DNA of 50,423 nucleotides from an uncultured Rhodobiaceae bacterium (GTDB lineage Archaea; Thermoplasmatota; Poseidoniia; Poseidoniales; Poseidoniaceae), in contig CALDQY010000297.1 of NCBI GenBank assembly GCA_937911445.1, positions 1 through 50,423 on the forward strand, in the 5' to 3' direction. Shown in pieces: positions 27,750 to 36,145 of this stretch. The notes under the pieces are model-generated. The model had not been told where the DNA came from and ran no database searches. It saw nothing but the letters and a program-made list of their open reading frames with translations. Position 1 is the first letter of the stretch; each line of letters opens with the position of its first letter. Position numbers and translations under genes: made by a program.

Positions 27750-28045
27750 GCACGGAAACGGTCAAGTCCTTTCTGTACCGACCAATCGTCAAGGCGAAAC
27801 CTATGACATCCAGTTTTGGACAGGAAATGCTCGGACGCGTTGTCCAAGATAAGAAAGGAAAAGAGCTTGGAAAACTCGCTGATTTGGTCATCGATGTTGC
27901 CAATGGAGAAATATCTGAACTTTTGATCCGTTGTGCAGAAAACATCGATGCAAGCCGCCTCCCATTTCCCTCGAAAGACGGGTCCATCGCCATTCCAAGC
28001 ACAGAAGTGTCCTCGTTTGGTCACGTCATTATGCTCAAAATCTGA
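27746..28045 (+). CDS. PRC-barrel domain protein (possible CdpB-type)
   Basis: MLGRVVQDKKGKELGKLADLVIDVANGEISELLI fits the PRC-barrel core pattern. The start is either GTG at 27746 (GTGA overlap with the cdc48 stop) or ATG at 27803 (80 aa). Confidence 0.65.
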   Translation: MSTETVKSFLYRPIVKAKPMTSSFGQEMLGRVVQDKKGKELGKLADLVIDVANGEISELLIRCAENIDASRLPFPSKDGSIAIPSTEVSSFGHVIMLKI

Positions 28046-28131
28046 TGAGCATTTTTGCATCAGAGTTGGACAACCTTCTAAACCGATGTGAAACCGTGTG
28101 TGTATGAACGGTGTACTAGGGAGGTGATGAA

Positions 28132-29748
28132 ATGGCGGCCGAGCGGAGCAGAAATCTCAAGCGAATTGGACTCCAATTTGCGTTCTGGGCCGTTCTGGGC
28201 ATCCTCCTCCTCACCATTCTTCAGAACTTCATCAACATTAGCCAAACCGACCAACTCTCTGCCTACGATGATGGTTGGGATGACATGTCTGCGTTCCGTG
28301 AGGACATCAAGGCTATGGGCGTTGAAACGAAATCCTTGGTCAGCAGCCCGCTCCTTCTTGCCGACATTGAAGATCCTCGAAACACAACGTTCGTTATCGC
28401 TGGTGTTGAACGGGACACGCTCTCTTTCCCTCAATTTGATGAGGATGGATTCATCACCATAGCGACCGAGGACGGTTATTCACCTTCTGAAGTCGATGCG
28501 ATTGTCGAATTCGTCGATAATGGGGGGACAGTCATCGTTCTGGAAGACTTTGGTTATGCTGGAAGCATTGGTGAAGCCTATGGCGTACGCTACTCTGGCT
28601 ACCAATTGTACGATACGAACTATGTTTCTGAATTGGATTACAACTACATCTGGATGTGTGTCCAAGCAAGCCCATGTGGAATGAACGGAACTGAACTCGA
28701 CCCGGCGACCATTGCGGAACACGAGCGTTGGTCTTCTGACGTTGGTGAGCATCCATGCGCAGAACTTGACGGTCAATCGATGACGCGCAGCGAAGCAGGC
28801 GTCTGTTCGCACCATTGGGTGAAGAGTGCAGGTGACCTTGGCCGAATCGAATACAATGCTACCTACACAATGCTCCTCAACAACGTAACTGGGCTCGAAA
28901 TCGTACCAGGCGTTCGGGGAGCTCTCAAAGACGTCAATGTCCGAGCCATCACCAGCAACCAAGCCACCGTTGACGTCAATGGAGATGGGGAACTATGGGT
29001 CAGTAACGAACAAACCAGTGAAACGCCTGATTTGTGGGGACAATTCAACCTCTCCATCGAAGCGTGCGCGTCAACAAGCTGCGATCCCGAAGAAGGTGGA
29101 CGTGTGTTCTTCATAGCCGATGGAAGTGCGTTGATCAATGCCATTTACGACTACGAAGGTTTCAATGCTGGTGAATATGGAAAGACGGACAAGTTCATTC
29201 CTGCCAACGACAATCGAAAGTGGGCACTCGATGTTATTGCTGAATCGCTCATGAGCACATTGGAAGGGGAGGAAGGCCAACCTGCTGAGAATGCTATGGT
29301 GATTTTTGACGAAAGTCGCCACCCACAAAACGCAATCCTTGCAGATTCGTACAACACGGTTTACTTCCTTCTTGTCTACTTCACAGGAGAAGGTCTGGCT
29401 ATGCTTGCCCTCTTCGTTGTTCTCTTCATCACATTTGAAGCCGTACTTCTCAAGAAGCGAGACCCTGAACCATGGCGGCACGTGTTTAGCATCATCTATT
29501 ACGGATTTGGCGATGCCAATCGTTACACCTACTACGCCAAAACGGAGAAGATACGGCAGGTATTTTTGTCGAAAGTTCGCAATCAAAATGGATTGACGGT
29601 TGAAGAATTCCATGCAATGTCGGCGAAGGAATTGGTCGGCCTCATCCAAGATCCGGTGTTGGCAAAATTCGCCATTGAGCCCGGAAAATATTCTCTTGAA
29701 CAATCGGTCGCCTTGGTCAAACGAATTAAGGCATGGGGGCGAAGGTGA
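28132..29748 (+). CDS. DUF4350-like membrane protein (N-terminal TM, large extracytoplasmic domain, C-terminal TM plus cytoplasmic tail)
   Basis: ATG at 28132 preceded by GGAGGTGA (28120-28127). VEFVDNGGTVIVLEDFGYAGSIGEAYGV resembles the DUF4350 core. TM helices lie at both ends. It sits immediately upstream of a DUF58 gene, as in MoxR/DUF58 clusters. Confidence 0.55.
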   Translation: MAAERSRNLKRIGLQFAFWAVLGILLLTILQNFINISQTDQLSAYDDGWDDMSAFREDIKAMGVETKSLVSSPLLLADIEDPRNTTFVIAGVERDTLSFPQFDEDGFITIATEDGYSPSEVDAIVEFVDNGGTVIVLEDFGYAGSIGEAYGVRYSGYQLYDTNYVSELDYNYIWMCVQASPCGMNGTELDPATIAEHERWSSDVGEHPCAELDGQSMTRSEAGVCSHHWVKSAGDLGRIEYNATYTMLLNNVTGLEIVPGVRGALKDVNVRAITSNQATVDVNGDGELWVSNEQTSETPDLWGQFNLSIEACASTSCDPEEGGRVFFIADGSALINAIYDYEGFNAGEYGKTDKFIPANDNRKWALDVIAESLMSTLEGEEGQPAENAMVIFDESRHPQNAILADSYNTVYFLLVYFTGEGLAMLALFVVLFITFEAVLLKKRDPEPWRHVFSIIYYGFGDANRYTYYAKTEKIRQVFLSKVRNQNGLTVEEFHAMSAKELVGLIQDPVLAKFAIEPGKYSLEQSVALVKRIKAWGRR

Positions 29749-31007
29749 GCATTATGTGGACACGTAAAGCATCCTTTACCTTCACTGGCGGTATTGCACT
29801 CATCCTCATTGGAATGATGATCACCAACAATCAAATGATGATTCTTGGATTGACCCTTATCACCTTCATCGTTGTCAACTCATGGGTCTCTGGACATGGT
29901 GATATCGAAGTACAACGTACACTCTCGGCAGACAACTTGTACAAAGGAGACGACCTGTACGTTGAACTCCTCGTTACAAATCGTTCAAATCGAAGAACTC
30001 AACTCTTGGATGTTTACGACAACATCCCACACGAGATGAAACTTCGAAGTGGTTTGAACCAAATGCGCCTGAACCTTCGTCCTGGAGAAAGCGCTCGAAT
30101 TCGCTACGTTCTCCGCTGTCCTCTGCGTGGACACTATTCGATTGGTCCCGTATCGCTGCGCGTGCGAAACACGTTCAATCTTGGTGTGGAAGACATGTAC
30201 GTTGACCACCATTCCGATATCGTGATTTTCCCACAGATCAAAGAGGTTGAGGAAGCCTTCCTTCGCTCCCGTACACCGAAAATGTACACAGGTGCTACAA
30301 CGCTTCGAACACCTGGTCAAGGGTCTGAATTCTACTCACTACGAGAATATGTGCCCGGTGATCCATTCAAGAACATCAACTGGAAGGCGTTTGCCCGCAC
30401 AGGTGATTTGATGGTTAACGAGAAATGTCGTGATGCTGTTACCGACTTGTACATCCTCCTCGATTCGAGGGATGTGGCTCGAATTGGAACGGTTCTGAAG
30501 AATCCACTGGAGATGGGTACGGTCAGTGCTGCGAGTCTTGCAGCTTTTTTCCTTAAGCGTAGAGACAGTGTAGCACTTGGAATCTATGGGGATGGATTGG
30601 CTTATCTTCCACCAGATACTGGAGACAAGCAGTACTTCAAAATCCTCAGTTCCCTTGCTGGCGTCAAGCCTGAAGGAAGCATGCCTCTCCAAGCGGTTAC
30701 CAATTCACTCAGTGGTCGATTCAGCCGTGGAAGCCCTGTGTTCGTCATTTCCTCATGTGAGGGTGACGGTACCGTTCCAGCAGCCGTTCGTGACCTCGTT
30801 GGACGTGGCCACGAAGTGACCGTGCTCTCACCATCGAGCATCGACTTCGAGCGACTCGTCTCTCGTATCCCTCGAATGTCCTATGAAGTTCTCAAACTTG
30901 AACGGCAGAACCGACTGACAACGCTGGCAGGTTCTGGAGCACAAGTCATCGACTGGATGCCTGACATGGATTTGTCGCAGGCGATCATGCAGGTGAGGGG
31001 GTATTAG
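29733..31007 (+). CDS. DUF58 domain protein (vWA-like, MoxR-associated family)
   Basis: Two N-terminal TM helices. Signature EFYSLREYVPGDPFKNINWKAFARTGDLMVNEK followed by DLYILLDSRD. Possible starts are ATG 29733, GTG 29745 (GTGA overlap with the upstream stop) or ATG 29754. Confidence 0.8.
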   Translation: MGAKVSIMWTRKASFTFTGGIALILIGMMITNNQMMILGLTLITFIVVNSWVSGHGDIEVQRTLSADNLYKGDDLYVELLVTNRSNRRTQLLDVYDNIPHEMKLRSGLNQMRLNLRPGESARIRYVLRCPLRGHYSIGPVSLRVRNTFNLGVEDMYVDHHSDIVIFPQIKEVEEAFLRSRTPKMYTGATTLRTPGQGSEFYSLREYVPGDPFKNINWKAFARTGDLMVNEKCRDAVTDLYILLDSRDVARIGTVLKNPLEMGTVSAASLAAFFLKRRDSVALGIYGDGLAYLPPDTGDKQYFKILSSLAGVKPEGSMPLQAVTNSLSGRFSRGSPVFVISSCEGDGTVPAAVRDLVGRGHEVTVLSPSSIDFERLVSRIPRMSYEVLKLERQNRLTTLAGSGAQVIDWMPDMDLSQAIMQVRGY

Positions 31008-32210
31008 ATGGCAGGAGAAGTCGACCCACAGAGCGATGTTTCTCTCATGGGAGGGCGTGCTCGTACGCTTCACCTCAAAGCGTTGAGGAAACAGTGGCAA
31101 ATCATTACGCTGCAAATTGTTTCCACAATCGCTCTTGTGTGGATGTATCTTGAGGTTGTTTCAACATACGTTGTCAATAGCATCGACCATACGATGCTTT
31201 TCGCTTCCCTTGAACAGCTCGTTGGTGAAGTGCCGATTGGCGACTGGCTCATTGGTTCAGGTCGAACTGGACTGGCACGATTTTACGTTCCAATCGTCTT
31301 AGGGTTGGGTCTTGGTGGCTCCATGGCGCTCCTGGCGTTCCAATCACCCCGTGTTCAGCAACGGATCAAACTTGGATTCATCATCACACTCATGGTTCTC
31401 CTCGTCGGACGACTTGTCTTGACTTGGATTCCTTCCATGCTCTTCTCCTGGGACCTTCGCCCACCATCTGAGAGTGAGCTAAAAACGTTAGAATGGCCAT
31501 TATTGATGATTCTCTCACTTGTTATTCTCTTCATCTATCTCTTGCCTGTTATCATGGGTACTCGAGGTATCTGGGGCCTCTCACGCCGCTCCATCGGCTG
31601 GGCGATTGGATTCACCCTCCTCTTCTTGGCCATCCACGCCATCTTGACCTTCCCTCTCATCAAATCACAACTTGGCGACTGGGGTTCGAACCTCATCTCA
31701 CTTGAGTCTCAAGTGAGTGATCCAACGGTTGGATTCCTTGGATTTGATTTGGTCACACCAGAGCAATTCTCACTCATCATGATCGCCGTTCTCATCATGG
31801 TCTTCCAAGAATCAGGATTCGGCGTTATTCGTTATCTTGAGTATGCATATCGGCTCCCAGAATCGTGCAAGCGAGACCCAGAATACGTTCGACAAATGGA
31901 CAACGTTCTCAATGGTCATCTGCGACATACCGCTGGCTTCCTGACTGTAACAGGCCTCGTTACGATGATTGCTCTCGGGTTCCACAGTGTATTGCTTGAA
32001 GTGGTTCGAAATTCCACAGGAAGTCAATGGGCTGCTCAAGTCTCAGAATCGATTGAACTATCGCTAACCTACGGGTTGGTCATTTCTGCACTTCTGTTCC
32101 TCAGTTTGGTCGCAATCCTTCGATTCTTTGTACCATGGCAACGTGTATGGGGCCTGATTGAATCGATGACCAACAATCAGCCTGAACCGGTCAAAGAAAA
32201 GGAATTCTGA
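31008..32210 (+). CDS. Polytopic membrane protein (about 9-10 TM), unknown function, last gene of the DUF4350/DUF58 cluster
   Basis: The ATG directly abuts the DUF58 stop (TAGATG at 31005-31010). Hydrophobic helices run throughout, and I recognise no motif. Confidence 0.6.
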   Translation: MAGEVDPQSDVSLMGGRARTLHLKALRKQWQIITLQIVSTIALVWMYLEVVSTYVVNSIDHTMLFASLEQLVGEVPIGDWLIGSGRTGLARFYVPIVLGLGLGGSMALLAFQSPRVQQRIKLGFIITLMVLLVGRLVLTWIPSMLFSWDLRPPSESELKTLEWPLLMILSLVILFIYLLPVIMGTRGIWGLSRRSIGWAIGFTLLFLAIHAILTFPLIKSQLGDWGSNLISLESQVSDPTVGFLGFDLVTPEQFSLIMIAVLIMVFQESGFGVIRYLEYAYRLPESCKRDPEYVRQMDNVLNGHLRHTAGFLTVTGLVTMIALGFHSVLLEVVRNSTGSQWAAQVSESIELSLTYGLVISALLFLSLVAILRFFVPWQRVWGLIESMTNNQPEPVKEKEF

Positions 32211-32447
32211 TTATCTATCGGCACGCATCACCTGAATTGTGCGGCCAATTATTTCATTGAGAATCAGCATGCTTAATGCAAGTCCAACCGATGCAAGCCA
32301 TTGGTACCACATCACATCAATGGACGACCATAGAATTTGATTGAGGAAAACGAAACCGACAATCGATGCAAGGAAAATCAGTTTTTCTAGGTACAATGGA
32401 TAAGCAGAACCCTTGGATTCATTTCTGCGAAGGAGTGTCTCAGACAT
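32211..32447 (-). CDS. Small (78 aa) two-TM membrane protein coupled to the upstream coiled-coil gene
   Basis: The ATG at 32447 lies 9 nt after the upstream stop. On the minus strand this reads TTGAGGTGAGGGGATG, so a GAGGTGA Shine-Dalgarno overlaps that stop. There are two hydrophobic helices. Confidence 0.5.
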   Translation of the reverse strand: MSETLLRRNESKGSAYPLYLEKLIFLASIVGFVFLNQILWSSIDVMWYQWLASVGLALSMLILNEIIGRTIQVMRADR

Positions 32448-32456
32448 CCCCTCACC

Positions 32457-35400
32457 TCAAAAGTCCAATTCAGAGAGTTGGTCATGAAGTGCGTCCAAAC
32501 GAGGGTCGCTCTTGGGCTCCTCTACCTTTGGGGTGCGAAGTTGTCGCTCTGCATCAAGGCGTGCGAGTTCTGCCTCGAGGTCGGCTCGATCCTCCTGAAT
32601 TGGGATACTAGGTGTTTCCACAACGCCCTCTGTCGTGGTTTCAGATTCAACAGGTGCTGGCATTTCTTCCCATTCATCGGACAGCTCGACGATCGGTTCA
32701 GCATCCAACGATACGCTTTCTTCAATGACGAGTGTAGGCTGAATGTTTTCCATCATATCGTCCATCACCGGTGTTCGCTGGCCAACTGGGATGGCTGTGC
32801 GTTCGAATGGAAGGAAGCCATCCCTTTGGAAATCCCACATAGCACCACGTGGAACGCCTTTTGTCAATCCTGACGCATCGATTTGTGTCAATAACTCCTC
32901 GAGTACCTGTGCCGTTTGCTCAAGGGCAATGGCTTCACCAGCATCACGCTGGTCAGCTTCGAGATAGATATCATCGAGGGCAACTCGAATCAAACGTCGT
33001 GTTTCAACTGCAACACTTGGCAAAGCTTCGGGACGCATACAGTTCATGCGCAGTGCTTCGATTTCTTCTGGTGGTGCTCCAAGATTTCCAAGTTGATCCA
33101 GGACATTCCGCATGCGTCGAAGCATGGTGATGGAGCGATCGTAATCCTCCAAGATACCTTCGAGGTCAAGAATCAAGTGGCCTACAGTTTCACCGAGTTG
33201 ATTCTCCAATCGCTGTTGAACCGACCATCGAGCAAGACCACGTACTGCTCCAGCAGTTTGAGGAACTTGTCGTTCGAGGAGGGTCATGACCTCACTGCTC
33301 AACAGATGTCGAGGTGTTGCTGCAATGTGATCGACCGTTGATTGCACAACTTGAAGCGCACGTTCAACGGCTCGGTCAAGAAGCACAACGGAGTAGCCCA
33401 AAGTACGTGCGTGCTCAAGCCGATCGAGTACAGGGCCAAGGCCACGGAATGTAGCATCATCGTTGAGCAGTGCCTGTGCAAGCGGTTCCTCGTTAAGCCG
33501 TGCACGCAGTCGTTCCGCTTCAGCAATATCAGCAACGGCTTCTTCGTGAGCATCTGTTAATGCTTCAGCACGTGCAATCAAACCAGAGAGCTCAGTCTCA
33601 GCATTTCCACGGCGAGCTCCTAGATTACCAAGTTCAGTAAGCAGTTCTTTTCGTTCTCCCATCAATTCCCGCATTTCAGAATGGAGTTGCATTCGACGTG
33701 CTTCATCCTCAGCAAGTCGTTGCCGCTCTTCCTCTGCTCTACGTCGACTGGCGAGTGTTTCGGCTTCGATTTGATCTAAGCGTGCTTGAGCAGATCGAAT
33801 CTTTTCTTCAGAAGCGTTGCTCTTCGATTGAGCACTTGCTTGTCGATCTCTAAGAGTCGTGATTTGTTCCTCAAGGGAACGCAATCGACGCTCTTCAAGC
33901 TCGATTTGTTCGCGGATTGAGGAAAGTTGTTGGGCATTGGATTCCAAATCTGCTCGAGTGGTCGCCTCTTTGTTGGAGAGCGTTTCAAGTTCATCACGCA
34001 ACGCTGCGCTACTTTCCGTATCACCGAGTGCTTTTGCCAACTCAGCAGCACGTTCACTGAGTTGATGTTCAAGTTCACCAACTCTTCGAAGAAGGCGATC
34101 TGCACGTTCTTCTGCCTGTTCCATGCGAGTTCTCGATTCTGATACAGTGACCTGAACGCGATTCAATTCATCGTTCTTGGACTGAATAGCATCGCTTTGC
34201 TCGCCCGATGATTGTTTGATGGCATCAAGACGAACCAATGCTTCAGTACGCTCCTTTTCAGCATCCTGGAGTTGACTCGTCAGACTTGCATTGGTTCGCA
34301 TGAGTGTATCTGCTCGTCGCTCGGATTCTTCGAGTCGTCGGCGTAAACCAGCATCGACACCTGCAAGTGGTGCCGCAGTTGGTAGCGCTTGTACAGCCTC
34401 TTGTCCACCTACGTGGATGCTTAATTTCGACCGAATAACTCGTACCTCGTCGAGACCAATTTCAAAACCATACATGCTCATCAATCGATGCATCATGGAT
34501 TCACGACGCTTTTCTGAACGGGTTCGAACCGTTGAAAGCGACTCAACAAACTGCTTGAGCGTGAATTCAGAAACATCCCCTGTTGACGATGAAACCATGG
34601 TACCTGATGCAAGTCGATGCAATTTGAGGACACGCTTGCTTTCTGTAAGTCCCTGCATAGCCTCTTCAAACGACTGGCCGTTCGCAGCCATGGCAACTGG
34701 AAGTCCATTGTTGAGAGCGAGTGATACCGCTTTGTCGCTTACTCCTGCCTTGAGATGCCCTGTAACCCGCTCTTCAAGCGCAGCAGAAAGCATGGACATG
34801 ACCGCATCTGCACCACCCTTCCCTTCGCGTAGCACAAATCCATCAGGGAGCGTAGCAGAACCTTCGGCATAGGTTCCAATCTCACCATCGAGTTTGGCCG
34901 CAACATCCGTCAATAACCGTGTGTGGTTGGCATCGATTTCGGTCCAGATGGCCAACACGATGGTGGAGCTGGATGCAATGAGCAGTGAGGCATCGCCCAT
35001 GGAGAGGGATGCATAGCCATTGACATTTCCACCAAGCTTTGCTTGTTGAGCATTCATGGAATCGGAGAGTGTAGCAACGGTTGCAGAAAGCTCCTCCGCA
35101 GTTCCTGGCAAATCGCCCATACTATCGATGAGAATTCCTTGATCTGCTGCAAGCGCACCTCGAACGTGCTCGTAATCGGAAAGTGCTTGAAGAACAGCAG
35201 AAATGTTTCTGGCGAACAATCGGTCTGTCAATGAGCTGCTCGCCCCTAAACCCTGCGTATCGGCTTGGAATTCAAACGCCTCTGGAAGAAGAGCAGCAAG
35301 TTCTGCAAGCCCATGCATCGAACATGTTGATGCAACAAGTCGATGTTGGTTCTTTTCCGCTTCTTCCAACGCATCTCGGGCATCAGCACCGCCGAGGAGT

Positions 35401-35588
35401 TTGGTGGCACTGGAGCCTTCGCAGATCCAACCTACAACACGTCCAGCCCGTACCAAACGATGGCCAAACGGTGTCTTCCTGCGACCCACCCAGGTCGTGA
35501 TGAATCCATGTTCGAAGGGTTGGATAGCTCCTGTGGCTACATCCACTTCGTCGTCAAATCGTTCAATATGCGGTAAATCAAACATCAT
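32457..35588 (-). CDS. Large (~1,043 aa) Roadblock/LC7-like plus long coiled-coil protein with acidic C-terminus
   Basis: Probable start at ATGATG (35588-35583), overlapping the upstream TGA and with GGTGA just upstream. The track start is an ATG at 35615. Track aa ~135-232 are Roadblock-like (VLQALSDYEHVRGALAADQGILIDSMGDL...LLIASSSTIVLAIWTEIDAN). Track aa ~422-712 (nt ~33480-34352) are continuous E/R/L/Q/A-rich coiled coil. I found no P-loop. Confidence 0.7.
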   Translation of the reverse strand: MMFDLPHIERFDDEVDVATGAIQPFEHGFITTWVGRRKTPFGHRLVRAGRVVGWICEGSSATKLLGGADARDALEEAEKNQHRLVASTCSMHGLAELAALLPEAFEFQADTQGLGASSSLTDRLFARNISAVLQALSDYEHVRGALAADQGILIDSMGDLPGTAEELSATVATLSDSMNAQQAKLGGNVNGYASLSMGDASLLIASSSTIVLAIWTEIDANHTRLLTDVAAKLDGEIGTYAEGSATLPDGFVLREGKGGADAVMSMLSAALEERVTGHLKAGVSDKAVSLALNNGLPVAMAANGQSFEEAMQGLTESKRVLKLHRLASGTMVSSSTGDVSEFTLKQFVESLSTVRTRSEKRRESMMHRLMSMYGFEIGLDEVRVIRSKLSIHVGGQEAVQALPTAAPLAGVDAGLRRRLEESERRADTLMRTNASLTSQLQDAEKERTEALVRLDAIKQSSGEQSDAIQSKNDELNRVQVTVSESRTRMEQAEERADRLLRRVGELEHQLSERAAELAKALGDTESSAALRDELETLSNKEATTRADLESNAQQLSSIREQIELEERRLRSLEEQITTLRDRQASAQSKSNASEEKIRSAQARLDQIEAETLASRRRAEEERQRLAEDEARRMQLHSEMRELMGERKELLTELGNLGARRGNAETELSGLIARAEALTDAHEEAVADIAEAERLRARLNEEPLAQALLNDDATFRGLGPVLDRLEHARTLGYSVVLLDRAVERALQVVQSTVDHIAATPRHLLSSEVMTLLERQVPQTAGAVRGLARWSVQQRLENQLGETVGHLILDLEGILEDYDRSITMLRRMRNVLDQLGNLGAPPEEIEALRMNCMRPEALPSVAVETRRLIRVALDDIYLEADQRDAGEAIALEQTAQVLEELLTQIDASGLTKGVPRGAMWDFQRDGFLPFERTAIPVGQRTPVMDDMMENIQPTLVIEESVSLDAEPIVELSDEWEEMPAPVESETTTEGVVETPSIPIQEDRADLEAELARLDAERQLRTPKVEEPKSDPRLDALHDQLSELDF

Positions 35589-35959
35589 ATCACCTTGGTT
35601 TGCTGTGCATTCCATTCTCGTCGCAGGCGTTCAAGTTCGTACTTCCAAACGCCTTTCCTGCCGTCTTTTCCTGAGAGGTAAACGAACAAATCGCTATCGA
35701 AGTGGTCGACAAGTGTCAGCCTCCGTCCTTCCATCCAAACCTCAAACAGTGGGCCAAGGTCGAGTTGTTCAGCGATTGAACAACATGTTGCCCATTCACT
35801 GCGTTGTTCTTCAACGGATTCTGGCCACTTTTTCGTGGTTTGGAGCATGCTTCCAAATTGATCCATCAAACGAACATGACGTACGCCGTCGAGTTCGCAA
35901 AGTTGAGGAAACAACGTGTTTAGCATGCTAGCCCAAACCCTTTGACAGCAACGTACCAT
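35585..35959 (-). CDS. Small Roadblock/LC7 (MglB-like) domain protein
   Basis: LCELDGVRHVRLMDQFGSMLQTT...LDLGPLFEVWMEGRRLTLVDHFDSDLFVYLSGKDGRKG fits the Roadblock/LC7 pattern. ATGs lie at 35959 and 35926 (113 aa). The stop overlaps the start of the next gene. Confidence 0.5.
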   Translation of the reverse strand: MVRCCQRVWASMLNTLFPQLCELDGVRHVRLMDQFGSMLQTTKKWPESVEEQRSEWATCCSIAEQLDLGPLFEVWMEGRRLTLVDHFDSDLFVYLSGKDGRKGVWKYELERLRREWNAQQTKVI

Positions 35960-35981
35960 TCAAGAACTTTGCCGAAACTCT

Positions 35982-35996
35982 TCCCCCGTAGGGGGA
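35982..35996. repeat. Perfect 6-3-6 palindrome TCCCCC-GTA-GGGGGA
   Basis: Read directly from the divergent intergenic region between the Roadblock operon and the tRNA thiolase gene. Confidence 0.6.
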
Positions 35997-36005
35997 TTTG
36001 GCGAC

Positions 36006-36145
36006 GAAATTCAAAATTCCAACTGCGAATTTTCAAAATGATGTGCGCGGAGATGTTTACGTAATGCTTTTTCCGCGTTCTGGGTGAGGCTAGCGGAATC
36101 AATGGTTGTAGAAAATTCCAATTGTAATTTTGAAAATTCAATTGA
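36006..36145. repeat. Nested repeat array: motif AAAATTC(C)AAYTG x3 and a ~20-nt inverted repeat pair about 100 nt apart
   Basis: Motif copies lie at 36013-36025 (AAAATTCCAACTG), 36112-36124 (AAAATTCCAATTG) and 36133-36144 (AAAATTCAATTG). GAATTTTCAAAAT (36027-36039) is the exact reverse complement of ATTTTGAAAATTC (36127-36139). Each arm is itself palindromic (AAAATTC..GAATTTT). Confidence 0.7.

Noticed and set aside
31675-31700. tRNA-like T-arm sequence GGGGTTCGAACC
   Set aside because: The flanking bases cannot form a T-stem or acceptor stem, and it lies inside the polytopic membrane protein CDS. I found no cloverleaf anywhere in the non-coding gaps.
36038-36090. Possible C/D-box sRNA (ATGATGT at 36038-36044 followed by ~12-nt spacers)
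   Set aside because: The C box is imperfect (final T instead of A). There is no CTGA D or D' box at the required spacing (CTGG at 36079-36082 only), and no terminal stem.
35920-36141. 73-aa minus-strand ORF spanning the Roadblock/thiolase intergenic region
   Set aside because: It runs through the palindromes and repeat array, its product is an implausible basic low-complexity sequence, and it overlaps the Roadblock gene start. It is more likely non-coding regulatory DNA.
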